From NCBI RefSeq assembly GCF_006345805.1, contig NC_043021.1:11408001-11472000 (forward strand): a DNA stretch of 64,000 bases, read 5' to 3'. Position 1 is the stretch's first letter. Each line of letters starts with the position of its first letter. This stretch comes from Octopus sinensis. Taxonomy: Eukaryota. Under the pieces are notes generated by a model. It was given only the letters and a program-made list of their open reading frames with translations. It searched no databases and was not told the origin of the DNA. This document shows positions 48,304-60,504 of this stretch, in pieces. Made by a program: the position numbers and the translations under genes.

Positions 48304-50432
48304 TTAATTATATATTAATCCATATTTGTAAGGTTAACTTTAAAAAAATGTTAGCTACGAGGAAGTTCAACTTCTGTTACGGAAGATAAATAGTTAAAAT
48401 ATTCACGTCAGAGAAATAAAGTAAAATGGCGGTTTGTTTCTTCGCCAGACGACACACATATCGCCTGCTCAGTCAATTTGTTATACGATATGTGTGTCGT
48501 CTGTTCAGTCAATTTGGTCACATAATTTGGTATGTTATCAGTTCTTTTTATCTCTGCACAATATATCTTTTTATGTATCTCTTGCTATACAGGGCCATCT
48601 TAGCTCTAAAGCAAATTAACGCTCTGTGGTTTATTGTCGTTTGATACGTGAGGCAGTCAAAGACCAATCATTTAATATCTAAGCTGTAAATCTTGGACAT
48701 TTACAAAATTTAATTCTTCACAGTAAACGTTGACTGTCCAGGCAAGTATCAGATATAAAGTATTTTTATATAGAAGACATTTTTTTAAAGAGGATCCAAA
48801 AAGTGTGACGTATGTAACATCGCTCAAAATACCTTTAATTCACCAGAAAATATTAACTGCTAATACCTCTGAATTTCTCCACAGTAGCTGAAAATGCATC
48901 AATGTGTTTATTTACATTGACCTTGAAATTTCCAAGAAATATATATGAGTCTGCTAGATAACAATGTCTGTGGTCACAATTCTCACCAACCTAGTGTAAC
49001 ATGAATGATAGAAATGGATGAAACATTTCCTTTTGCCAAATATTTTTAATATCTTCCAAATCGTGTAGATCTCGCAGAAATTGTTCCAATATCAATATTT
49101 GGTAAAAAAGAAAAAAAAATGAATCATTTCTGCATGTCTTTACAGGTTTAGCTTGAAGGGCTGTCCCTGGCCTTTGTATTACAAATTCTTGCTTCTCATT
49201 GAGTTGCATGAAAAACAGTGGAAATAGTACAACAAAACGAGCTTTTAATTAATAGCGACACTTTATTCTTCTGCTAAATAAAATTATACAGGGAACTAGA
49301 TTAATACATCATAATAGCTTTGTTAAGCTGACGCAAACAAACTAATGGAGACGAGAATACATTTATCAAACGTTTATTTACGTACACCAGGGCTTAAGTC
49401 GCCAATTATTTCTGTTTACAGTTCATCTGTCGCGAATTCTGTCCTACATAATAGCTCCCCCCCCCCATTCCAGAACTGTTGAGTGTCATTGGAAACGGGA
49501 AGGCGTTTTAATTTTCCTGTCCATGCCTGTGGTTACTCGATTCTTTGGTGACCGTTCCTTGTCAAGGATTGGTGTGATCTGTCTAGGATGGCCCTCTTTG
49601 GTGGCTGGGCCACTTAAACGGGGCTGTCAGCGGTATTTCGTCTGCCTTTACGTTCCGAATTCAAATTCCGCCGAGGTCGACTTTGCCTTTCATCATTTCG
49701 GGGTCGATAAATAAAGTACCAGTTGTGTAACTGGGTTCGATCTAATCGACTGGCCCCCTTCCTAAAAATCTCGGGCCTTGTGCCTAGAGTAGAAAAGAAT
49801 ATCAAGATGGGCCGGTTTCGTCGTCCACCAATTTGGAGTTGGAATGTTTTATCTCCTGGATGTACGACTTGATATGGACCATCGTAGGGTAACTGGGTGG
49901 TGGGGTTCGTCGTGCGTCACGTCAAACGAACACAAAGTTAGCCGTGACGAGGTCACCAGTTATAGCTTCGTTAAGCTATACGCAAACAAACAAGTGGAGA
50001 CGAGAATACATTTATCAAAGGATTATTGCTTTAAAGTGCAGCATTTATTTCTGTTTACAGTTCGTCTGTCATGAATTCTGCCCTACATCACGAAGGAAAT
50101 CATACATAGTTGGCTTTTCAACTCAGTTGAACTTGGTTACATGTGCTTCAAGAGGAACAGAAATAATGTGACATAGCTTCCTGAAAATAAACTTTCCCCT
50201 CTGCTTAAAATGAAAAAGCTCATGCTATTTATTGACAAAATGTGGGCTCATGCTGACATTTAGAATTTGCTGCTTTGGTGGTCTACTGTACAATATGATT
50301 GGATACGATCTCTGTATCCTGCATAAAATTACACCAATCCAAATGCCTGACTCAACCAAATATTTCAACATCATATGACCAATTGCCTGACCAATCATTA
50401 GAGACTTATGTGTAGAGCCACTTTTTAGATTA

Positions 50433-50813
50433 CCGTAAATCCTCGAGTATAATCCGCATTTTTCCCCCAAAATTTAAAGGTCAAAATCCCTAGTGCATAC
50501 TATATACGAGGTTAAAAATGAAAAATATTTTCTAAGCAATGTCCGAGTCTCTATTTGCTGTCCGGCAATGTTTATTCAAATGCATTTTGTGATGTCGGGC
50601 GTGAAAAAACCTTAAGCTAAGCCTGAAAGCAATGAAGTCATAAAAGAATCATTTATACATTTTTACAAACCAAGGACGTTATATAGACTTCCTTGACTCA
50701 AGTTAGAGAAGGGGTGCATATTATACACAAGGTTTAGGTTTTTCAGAGGTACAGCCCCCTAAAAATCCACTGCGTATTATACTCAAGGGCGGACTATACT
50801 TGAGGATTTATGG
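50433..50813. mobile_element. Tc1/mariner(pogo)-type MITE, copy 3 (internal deletion)
   Basis: Same TIR and TA TSD; ~130 bp shorter than copy 1. Confidence 0.9.
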
Positions 50814-51037
50814 TATTTAAATCTAAAACATGCAATTATGAAACTAGTCTGGTTACATAGATATAGCATTGGATTTAATCTCATATTTTGCCACATAGGG
50901 ATCACAATGCAATCATGTGCACAAACCTAATAGTTATATAATGAATGGCAGCTCTTCATGTGATAGTTCAGAGGCTCGTCTAGACTTTCTGTGAACACAA
51001 CCAAATTTGTCGCCAATTTCGCAAAGTGTCACAGATG

Positions 51038-51142
51038 TCAAGAGTCCACCACGATATTTTCCGTTCTTGCCATATTCAGAGTGTCTTGGATCAAGTTGGT
51101 GTACACTCCCCTAATAGCTGTTTTCATAGCTGCATATCCAAC
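51038..51142 (-). CDS. Candidate terminal coding exon of an unidentified gene (phase-0 frame VGYAAMKTAIRGVYTNLIQDTLNMARTENIVVDS*)
   Basis: (CTT)n polypyrimidine tract plus TTACAG| acceptor; open to TGA; joins in frame to the exon at 53417. Confidence 0.45.
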   Translation of the reverse strand, partial: VGYAAMKTAIRGVYTNLIQDTLNMARTENIVVDS

Positions 51143-51347
51143 CTGTAATAATTGAAGAAGAAGAAGAAGAAGAAGAACCACAGTATGTGTATTTGATTTG
51201 TAAAAATTAGCCCAGATTTTGATTTTCTAACAAAGAATCTCTGTATGTGTCATATTAAGATGTTTCACCTGAATGCTTCCATTAATTGCATTGTATGAAC
51301 ACCTTGCCTATTAACGTAACAAACAAATTATATTCCAACACATACGC

Positions 51348-52315
51348 AGGCGCAGGAGTGGCTGTGTGGTAAATAGCTTGCTTACCAACCACATGGTTCC
51401 AGGTTCAGTCCCACTGCGTGGCATCTTGGGCAAGTGTCTTCTGCTATAGCCCCGGGCCGACCAATGCCGTGTGAGTGGATTTGGTAGACAGAAACTGAAA
51501 GAAGCCTGTCGTATATATGTATGTATGTATATCATCATCATCATCATCATTTAACGTCCGCTTTCCATGCTAGCATGGGTTGGACGGTTCAACTGGGGTC
51601 TGGGGAGCCCGAAGGCTGCACCAGTCCAGTCAGATCTGGCAGTGTTTCTACAGCTGGATGCCCTTCCTAACGCCAACCACTCCGAGAGTGTAGTGGGTGA
51701 TTTTATGTGCCACCGACACAGGTGCCAGACGAGGCTGGCAAACGGCCACGCTCGGATGGTGTTTTTTTATGTGCCACCGACACAGGTGCCAGACGAGGCT
51801 GGCAGACGGCCAAGCTCGGATGGTGTTTTTATGTGCCACCGACACAGGTGCCAGATGAGGCTGGCAAACGGCCACGATCGGATGGTGTTTGTTACGTGCC
51901 CACAGCACGGAGGCCAGACGATGCGGTACTGGCTACGGCCACGTTCGGATGGATTTCTTGTGTGCCACCGGCACTGGTGCCACAAAGATACAAATTCCAT
52001 TGATGTTCATCTATTTTGATTTGTTTAGATTTTCACTTGCCTCAACAGGTCTTCACAAGTGTCACAAGAAGGAAGGTATGCACAGGTGGACTGACTACGT
52101 CCCAGGTAGGGGCCACGGGTTATGGCCTGACTAGTCTTGCCGGGTCTTCGGATGGTGTTTTTATGTGCCATCGACATAGGTGCCAGATGAGGCTGGCGAA
52201 CGGCCACGATCGGATGGTGTTTGTTACGTGCCCACAGCACGGAGGCCAGTCGATGCGGTACTGACTACGGCCACGTTCGGATGGTTTTCTTGTGTGCCAC
52301 CGGCACTGGTACCAC

Positions 52316-52349
<34 letters not shown>

Positions 52350-52569
52350 GTGTGTATATGTTTGTGTGTCTGTGTTTGTCCCCCTAGCATTTCTTGACAA
52401 CCGATGCTGGTGTGTTTACGTCCCCGTCACTTAGCGGTTCGGTAAAAGACACCGATAGAATAAGTACTGGGCTTACAAAGAATAAGTCCCGGGTCGATTT
52501 ACTCGACTAAAGGTGGTGCTCCAGCATGGCCGCAGTCAAATGACTGAAACAAGTAAAAGAGTAAAGAGT
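51348..52569 (+). mobile_element. SINE family A split by a family C insertion (51533-52316, - strand) in its TA linker
   Basis: Family A head 51348-51530, family C body, family A tail resuming at 52320. Confidence 0.85.
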
Positions 52570-52891
52570 ATACAGAAATTTCTTTTTTGTTATACTAAGT
52601 TATTTTTATGGGCATTCTAAAAGACATTTGAAAACCTGTTTTGGTTTAATTTTCATGAGCATGGCCCATTTATTGACAGCAAGCCACAGCATATAGAGAT
52701 CAGAATTGGTCCCTTAAATCTGTGAGGCCCCTGAGCAAATCAGTGTTCTGGACCCTTTAGTATTTGACAGCAAGCCACAGCATACATAGAATTGGGCCCC
52801 TAAGCCTGTGAAGCGCCTGGGGAACATCTCAATATGACAGTGCTTTAAGACAGCACAGTTGCTGCCTATCTCTCTGTAATTCAGATACAGT

Positions 52892-53150
52892 ATGGTAGCC
52901 TCTGGGCAATTCAACAAATATGCTGGCAGACAGAAACCATTCCTTGTGCAGGTGAAAGGGCAAAAGCTTGCCTGGCAGGGTCACATATCCTGTCACAACT
53001 TCTTGTCCAAAACCATGCTTTGGGGCTCAGTTGAAGGAGTGCGAAAGAGTAACAGACAGAGAAAATCCTGCTCTGACAACATCATGGACTGGACAGGTCA
53101 TAACACCAAGACCAGCAATGCACAACAGGTGACTCGCGAAGGCATTTTGC
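52892..53150 (+). pseudogene. RTE LINE ORF C-terminal fragment
   Basis: VKGQKLAWQGHI..LSKTMLWGSVEG..RQRKSCSDNIMDWTG resembles the RTE C-terminal KLxWFGHV..GRQRKxWxDNIKEWT motif. Confidence 0.75.
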
Positions 53151-53416
53151 GCAGCCCTCAAAACCATTTTGCAAGGACCTTCTTGTTTCAATAAGTAACT
53201 GAAAATTAACATAGCAAACTGCCTGTACCACATTCACATGCTGAAAACACGTATGTAATGGTAGAAGTTTATTTTGTAACGGCTGAGATTAATTTGTAAA
53301 CAATAATATGGGACGTCGGAGTTGTCAACAATTTGTAAGGATTGGTTCTTTGTTGATTGCCATTATGTAAAGATGAAAGAACAGCGATTGAATTTGTAAA
53401 GAAAATATTTACTTAC

Positions 53417-53525
53417 TGTTACATTGTATATATCCAAAACCACAACGGGTTGGTATGTACAAATAGTAAATGGAAAAGCATACGAGGTAAAAAAGTAAAT
53501 TTTGGCCGGTGTGTGTGTACATGTT
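53417..53525 (-). CDS. Candidate exon upstream of the 51142 exon (TCTHTPAKIYFFTSYAFPFTICTYQPVVVLDIYNVT in the phase-0 frame; may start at 53572)
   Basis: Donor ACA|GTAAGT at 53417/53416; acceptors CACAAG| (53526) or GTTAG| (53573); open frame. Confidence 0.4.
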
Positions 53526-53682
53526 CTTGTGGTAGTAATCCACAGATAGAGACAGAATGATAAAATAAACTTCTAACGTTACACATACAATAGTCTTCAT
53601 TTATTAACTTTTGTTGTTATATGTCCTTAAATTACATTAATTACATTTGATGGATATTTGTCCTCATCTTGTTTGTTGACCC

Positions 53683-53723
<41 letters not shown>

Positions 53724-55613
53724 GATGAGGTTCTTTCAGTTTCTGACTTCCAAATCCAATCATAAGGCTTTGATCAGCCTGTGGCTACAGTAGTAGACAC
53801 TTGCCAAGGTGCCACGAAGTGAGACTGAACTCAGAACCATGTGGTTGGGAAACAAGTTTCTTAACACATAACTATATATATACATGTGGGTACATATACG
53901 CATGCATGCATGTATGTTGTTAACACACTGTTTCAGCTGATATAACCTTCAGCCTTCATCAGGTGTCTTGGGGAAAGATGAGAAATATCTGTCAAATGTA
54001 AATAATGTACATAATTCCTAATCTCTTAAATATAGAACTGTATATATAGAAAATATAGGGGGATCAAGTTAATTATGATTTTATTGAGCATATTCCCCTC
54101 TCAGATTCACACACTCATTGCAGTGGTCAGTGGTCCTTTAGTTTTTCTATGCTTTGTAAAAGAACTCAGAAGGCCGGGCCTCTAACCAGGCCTTCCATGA
54201 CACCCTTAAAACCAGTACCTTTTCAGCACCCACTCACACATTTGACTGAGTAATCTGAATGCTAAAGTGTTAAATATATTGATATTAATTTAACACTTTA
54301 ATAACATTTGCTGATAACGAGGCAAGTTCCTAGAGGTGAATTTCTGACTTTTCAAGGGCAAGGTCCTTCTTTGAAACTTCACACTCCTTGTTTCTTTGAA
54401 GAAGGTCTCCGACCGACCCCGCCACCAGGAAACGTCAGAGCTTGCCTCACCTCTACAGCACATGAAATTCTTTTGTGTTTTGTGAATTTCATTAAAGTGT
54501 GTGTTTGTACGAAGACAAAAGCGGTGTAAAAAATTAAATAAGAAAAATGGGGTTAAGAGAGGGGGGTATGAGGAGGAGGAGGAGAAGAGAGATTGGGGGA
54601 GAGAGAAACCCTGGCATTGTATGTGTATGTGTTTGCACGTGTATGTGTGGGGGGGGGGGCATGTGTGTGTGGGTGTGAGTGTGTGTGGGGGTGCATGTAT
54701 GTGTGGGTTTGAGTGTGTGTGTGTGTGTTTGAAAATTAGATAGGGAGGGTGAGTGATAACGAAAGGGAAGAAAATAAAAACAAAAAAAATGTCAGACCAA
54801 TGAGTGAGCCTTCACGTGGGTTACTCTCATAGCTAGAAATAGCTGCCAAATCCACCTTGCTGTCTTAAGTCTTAAAAATCCAGAAAAAGACATATTTGAC
54901 AACGAAGTAAAAGAACACTCTGGTTAGTGGCAGTTTGATGCCTTTGATCACAGGTCAGCTTGATCAGAGTTGACCTTGGGTTTAATAATAACAACAAAAG
55001 ACTGAGAATGAGAGCAGATGAATAAGAGATAGATGATAGAGAAAGAGAGAGAGAGAGAAGAAGAAGAAGAACAGATACAAAGATGGTGGATGTGAAAAAG
55101 GAAAGAGAAAGAAATAGATTGTATTATATATGGTAAGAAAATAGAGAGTGAGATATGAAAACAAGACAAGAAGGAGAAACACAGACAGCATTGGTGTGTG
55201 TGTGTGGGGGGGGGAGAGAGAGAGAGAGAGAACCATTAAAAATGTCATAAAGATTGTAGATAACAATGAAGAAAATATGAATTAGTTGCTTCAGAAGAGT
55301 CAAGAAAGCGGGAGCATAAGATAAGAGAGAGAGAGAACATAGCCACATGTGTGTGTGTGTGTGTACATATACAAATATACATACATTTATATATATATTA
55401 TATATATATATAAATGTATGTATGTATATTTGTGTATGTATATATATGTGTATGTATATATATATATATGTATTTGTATATATATGTATTTGTATATATA
55501 TGTATGTGTATGTATATATATATATATGTATGTGTATGTATATATCATGTGATCATGTTCAAATCCTAGCTTTCTACAAAGCTGCTATTATTATTATTAT
55601 TATTATTATTATC

Positions 55614-55985
55614 ATTACCTCTGCCTTAGCGAAGGTGGAGGTATTGTTTTCAGTCATCTTTGTTTGTTTGTTTGTCCGTGGACAAGATATCTCAAGAACC
55701 GCTGTATGGATTCATATGACACTTTTAGGGATGTTTGGCCTCGTGACTGGCACAAACTGATTAGATTTTGGGATCGATCCGGTACCAGACAAGGATTCTG
55801 GATTATTTTTCCTGTTTTATTTACTTAATTTCTGAGAGCAGTCGGGTTCATTTTTAATATTCTCATTTGTGAGAGTAATCGAGTTTATTTCAGATATTCT
55901 CATTTTAATAATCATCTCTGGCTAATCATTGAGAGGACGTTGGTGTTGCCTTGTCAGAGGTTTGTGCTCTCTGAGTGCTCTTGTT
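55614..55985 (+). mobile_element. HINE/DINE-1-like element, near complete
   Basis: ATTACCTCTGCC start, (TTTG)n, 3' GAGGTTTGTGCTCTCTGAGTGCTCTTGTT; inserted in (ATT)n. Confidence 0.6.
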
Positions 55986-55998
55986 ATTATTATTATTA

Positions 55999-56262
55999 TC
56001 TCTCTATATATAAATGGCAAAATGTCAGTATGTGTGTGTGTGTATATCCTTTATACAAATCCACAATTTTTCAGTTATAGGGCTCACATTTTCTATGGTC
56101 ATTCAAAACCGTCCAAGGGCGGTCATGCACATCTTTACATTTCCCCAGTCACCCTGCAAAGCCATTAAAAAAATCATTAGAAGTGACCTTTTTGTGAATT
56201 TCTTATCCAAAATCCAATCAAAATGCTCGAAACTTGATACGCCAATTGAATGCCAGCTAGCT

Positions 56263-56264
<2 letters not shown>
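55999..56264 (+). mobile_element. Short Helitron-like element
   Basis: A|TCTCTCTATATATAAA start and CTAG/CTGG|T end. Confidence 0.4.
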
Positions 56265-56312
<48 letters not shown>

Positions 56313-56346
56313 TATACATATATATATATATATATATAACACACAC

Positions 56347-56385
<39 letters not shown>

Positions 56386-56390
56386 TATAC

Positions 56391-56421
<31 letters not shown>

Positions 56422-56426
56422 TATAC

Positions 56427-56457
<31 letters not shown>

Positions 56458-56462
56458 TATAC

Positions 56463-56521
<59 letters not shown>

Positions 56522-56657
56522 TGAAACAAAAATAATAATAATAACTAGTATGTGATTGGTCGGAGATTTGGACAGTACTCGCGTGTAAGTGCGCACGCAT
56601 GCAGCTGTATATGCATGCACTAGCACTATGACCTGGCGTTTCCAGGTCATAGTGCTG

Positions 56658-56696
<39 letters not shown>

Positions 56697-57038
56697 TTTG
56701 TTTCTTTGTCCAAAACTTTTTCATCACACATCCTGTAACCTCTTCAACTTCCTATCCCATGTGTCTCCTCTTGTTCTGTTAATCCTATTCTGCACGTGTG
56801 TTTGGGTGTGTACATATGTCTAAGTGTTTTTAGTAAGTGTGTTTTGTGTTCATATTTAAGAGCTTGTTTACTGCAGTGTTTGTACTCATGTCTGTGTATT
56901 TTTTTTTTACAAATTATGACCATCCCTAATGTTTAACAATGTCTGACTCAACACAAGAGTCCACATCAAGAATCTTTCAAAATAAATACATAAACATGAT
57001 GACGGTGGGGACAGTGAGGATGATGAAGCTGTAGATCC

Positions 57039-57224
57039 TCCATCGGAAACACAACAAGAAAATTACACATACGCGTAAAGGAACACATGTTGGCAGACAC
57101 TTCCATGAAGAAACAGCTATGAAAATGCCAGACCCAAGGGTTCACTGCATATCAGGGCAACACAGGCAAGCTTAGAATCTCCAAAGCCATATTAATACAC
57201 CAATGGAAGTCAACTATCAATAAC
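57039..57224 (+). pseudogene. Penelope-like element GIY-YIG endonuclease C-terminal fragment
   Basis: SIGNTTRKLHIRVKEHM..KKQL*KC..LRISKAILIHQWKSTIN matches the YIGxTxRxLxxRxKEH / LxIxEAxxI..PxIN pattern. Confidence 0.7.
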
Positions 57225-57555
57225 GCTAGCTGGTTGCTATAGCAACAACCTTCTGCGCATGTCTATTCCCCATATACTCACACATGTACATCTGCAACAT
57301 TTCCTAATTCTTGAAGTCTTTTCTGTCAAAGAGCATAGACTTGGTGTCGAAGACTTTTCCATTTTTTCTGTGTGTGTGTGTGTGTGAGTGAGTGAGTATG
57401 TGTGTGTATATATTTCACACACATATACATATACAAATGCCCCCAAAGATAGAAATCAAGGGGGGTCAGATCAGGGGATCTGGGGGATCTTATAAGCTGT
57501 TTTTATAAAGAGAATAAATTCTTCCTATGTATGGAAACTTTTGTATCACCCTGTA

Positions 57556-57619
<64 letters not shown>

Positions 57620-57622
57620 TGA

Positions 57623-57650
57623 CTCTTGGCTAAGATCAAAGTGCAGTGTC
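57623..57650 (+). pseudogene. U2 snRNA 5' fragment
   Basis: CTCTTGGCTAAGATCAAAGTGCAGTGTC versus the recalled invertebrate U2 CTTTTGGCTAAGATCAAAGTGTAGTATC (25/28). Confidence 0.55.
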
Positions 57651-58221
57651 CACTGGCTATATATATTTATATACTTGTAGTGACCTCCTACTTTCTATAA
57701 TATCAGTAGCCACTGAATTATCACTGTCCTGCTTAATTAATTCCACTAACAGGTTTGTTTTTATTAAGAGTAACTGAAAAACATTTACGCTTTGAGCTCA
57801 ATACTGGCGGACTTATTACCTTGATATCAAATCAGTCATTATTCACCAATCATAGTTTAACTTCTCATACAGTTTTAGAAGAAAATACAGTGACTGTTAT
57901 TGTAGTTACTAATCCTTACAAATAAAAGTAAAGAAGAGATAAAAGAAGGTGAAAATCCACAGAGAATGTATTAGAAGATTTATTCATATTATTATTAATA
58001 TACTTAATTAATGCACTGGCTAAGTATTAATATCAATAAAATTATTGATATAGGCACAGGCATGGCTGTGTGGTAAGAAGTTTAGTTCCCAATCGCATGG
58101 TTCCGGGTTCAGTCCCACTGTATGGAGCCTTGGGCAAGTGTCTTCTATCATAGCCTTGGTCTGACCAAGGATTTGTCAGTGGATTTGGTAGACAGAAACT
58201 GAAAGAAGCCCATTGTATATA

Positions 58222-58269
<48 letters not shown>

Positions 58270-58291
58270 ATATATATTATATATATATAAA

Positions 58292-58603
58292 GTGGAGGCG
58301 CAATGGCCCAGTGGTTAGGGCAGCAGACTTGCGGTCATAGGATTGCGATTTCGATTCCCAGACCGGGCGTTGTGAGTGTTTATTGAGCGAAAACACCTAA
58401 AGCTCCACGAGGCTCCGGCAGGGGGTGGTGGCAATCCCTGCTGTACTCTCTCGCCACAACTTTCTCTCACTCTTTCTCTGTTGGCCTGCTCACTTTGCCA
58501 GCGGGGTGGCGTCATTTGAAGGCTAAAACAATGCAAAGTGCATTGTGACCAGCGATGTGTAACAATATCTGATAGCCTGGTCAGTCACAGTGATCACAGT
58601 GAT
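58292..58603 (+). mobile_element. SINE family D, tail type 2
   Basis: Same tRNA-like head as 2780 with a different 3' tail. Confidence 0.8.
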
Positions 58604-59120
58604 ATATATATATATATAAGTTAGACAGTTTGACTGAAACTAGTAAGCCCAAGAACTGCACCTGGTTCCAATTTGATTTGGCATAGGTCCTACAGCTGGA
58701 TTCCCTTCCTAACACCAACCACTCCAAGAGTGTAGTGGGTGTTTTTTACATGCCACCAGCACAGGTGTCACTGACATGACACTGGCATTAGCCACAACTA
58801 CAATTCCATTTGGTTTGACAGGTCAACACAAGCATAGTGTATAACCCAAGGATTTGGTCACCTGTCACTGCCTCTGCGAGATCCAACACTCAAATGGTGT
58901 TTTTACATGCCACTAGATATGTATGTATGTATGTATTTATGTATGTATATATGTATTTATACACGCACACATACACACACGTATGTATATACATATTCCT
59001 TATGTGCGTGTGTGTGTGTGATATATACATACATACATACACATGTACCTATATACATGCAAACATGTATACATACGTAGATATACACATACATACATTT
59101 ATGCATATATACAAACATAC

Positions 59121-59152
<32 letters not shown>

Positions 59153-60504
59153 CCATACATACATGCATGCATACACACACCCACACATACATGCGCATGC
59201 ATGTGCACACACACACACACACCCATACATACATGCATGCATACACACACCCACACATACATGCGCATGCATGTGCACACACACACACACAGGTAAATGA
59301 TTAGTTTGTGTAAGGAGTTAGTGCTGTAGGCAGAGTAAATGAAATGTCGCCTGTGAGACTATTTAGTGCTATGCGTTATTATCACTACACAATAAAATCA
59401 TTTGTGTCACTTTAATTCCTGTGACTCTTTGTGGAGACAAACAATAAGTCTATTCCAGGAATACCACCACCACCACCACCATTGCCACCACTACCACCAC
59501 CATCACCAAACCACTACAGCCGTCACCAGTAACTAATACTATCAACAAGCACCACAACAAATAGTAGCCCTCTACAGCCCACACAACCACAAATATTTCA
59601 CAGATATGGATTTATAAATGCTCTTGTGTGTGTTGTATGGTGCATGTATACTTGCACATGCAAGCATCCGCAAAGATATAAGCGTACACCCACATGTGGT
59701 TTGGTGCACATATGCTCGCACAATGAATTAAATAGCTTCTTGGTGTTTATAAGAATGGGGAAGTTAGAGCTAAATTTAATTCTTCCATGCCTTAAGGTGA
59801 ATTATGATTATTAATTAGGTTAACAGTTACTCAAATTCATTCCCACTGCATTGTGCAAAAGTGCAAGGCGGCGAGCTAGCAGAAATGTTAGCACGCCAGG
59901 CGAAATGCTTAGTGGCATTTCAAAGCCTCGTTGAAATAAATTTAGAAGTACAAATGTGTGTGTGTGTGTGGGTGAGTACATATGCATGTGCCTTTAATTG
60001 CTATTGGTCAAGCCAAAGTCAAGCTCAGAACTTGGCCTAGTTTGGCTGAGAGGCAATAACATTTTTCTATCAATTTTTTATCTCTATATACAATTATACT
60101 TACACAAACACGCATTCACTCACAGATACATACATACACACATACATACCACTATCAGGTTGTTCTTGAGTGCTACTGGTAACATGTAACACAGTACAAC
60201 CTGTCGCATGGTCAGGTCATCGGCAACTAAACTGGCAACCTCATCAGGCTTGCTTGGTGAGGAGGGTGATTGTTGGACACTCTGCAGGATGAAAAATAAG
60301 TTCTGTCAAATGGTGGAAGAACTACTGTGTAGTCAACGGCCAATTCAACAAGTACCTCATAGTGGTCATGTGCCTGTGTGCTCCGTTGACCTGGAGAGCT
60401 ATGCTGGAGGGTGAGAAATCTTCAGGCGGGTCTTACGAGGCCAGACAGGTTGAAGGCTAGGCGACAGACAAAACCTTAACGACAATAAATTGAAGCACCC
60501 TCTG

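Noticed and set aside
51020-51045. TGA-xx-TGA in frame B as a UxxU selenoprotein motif
   Set aside because: The context does not resemble the thioredoxin-fold LRHFxUxxU region of SelL, a further TAG follows, and no SECIS was recognised
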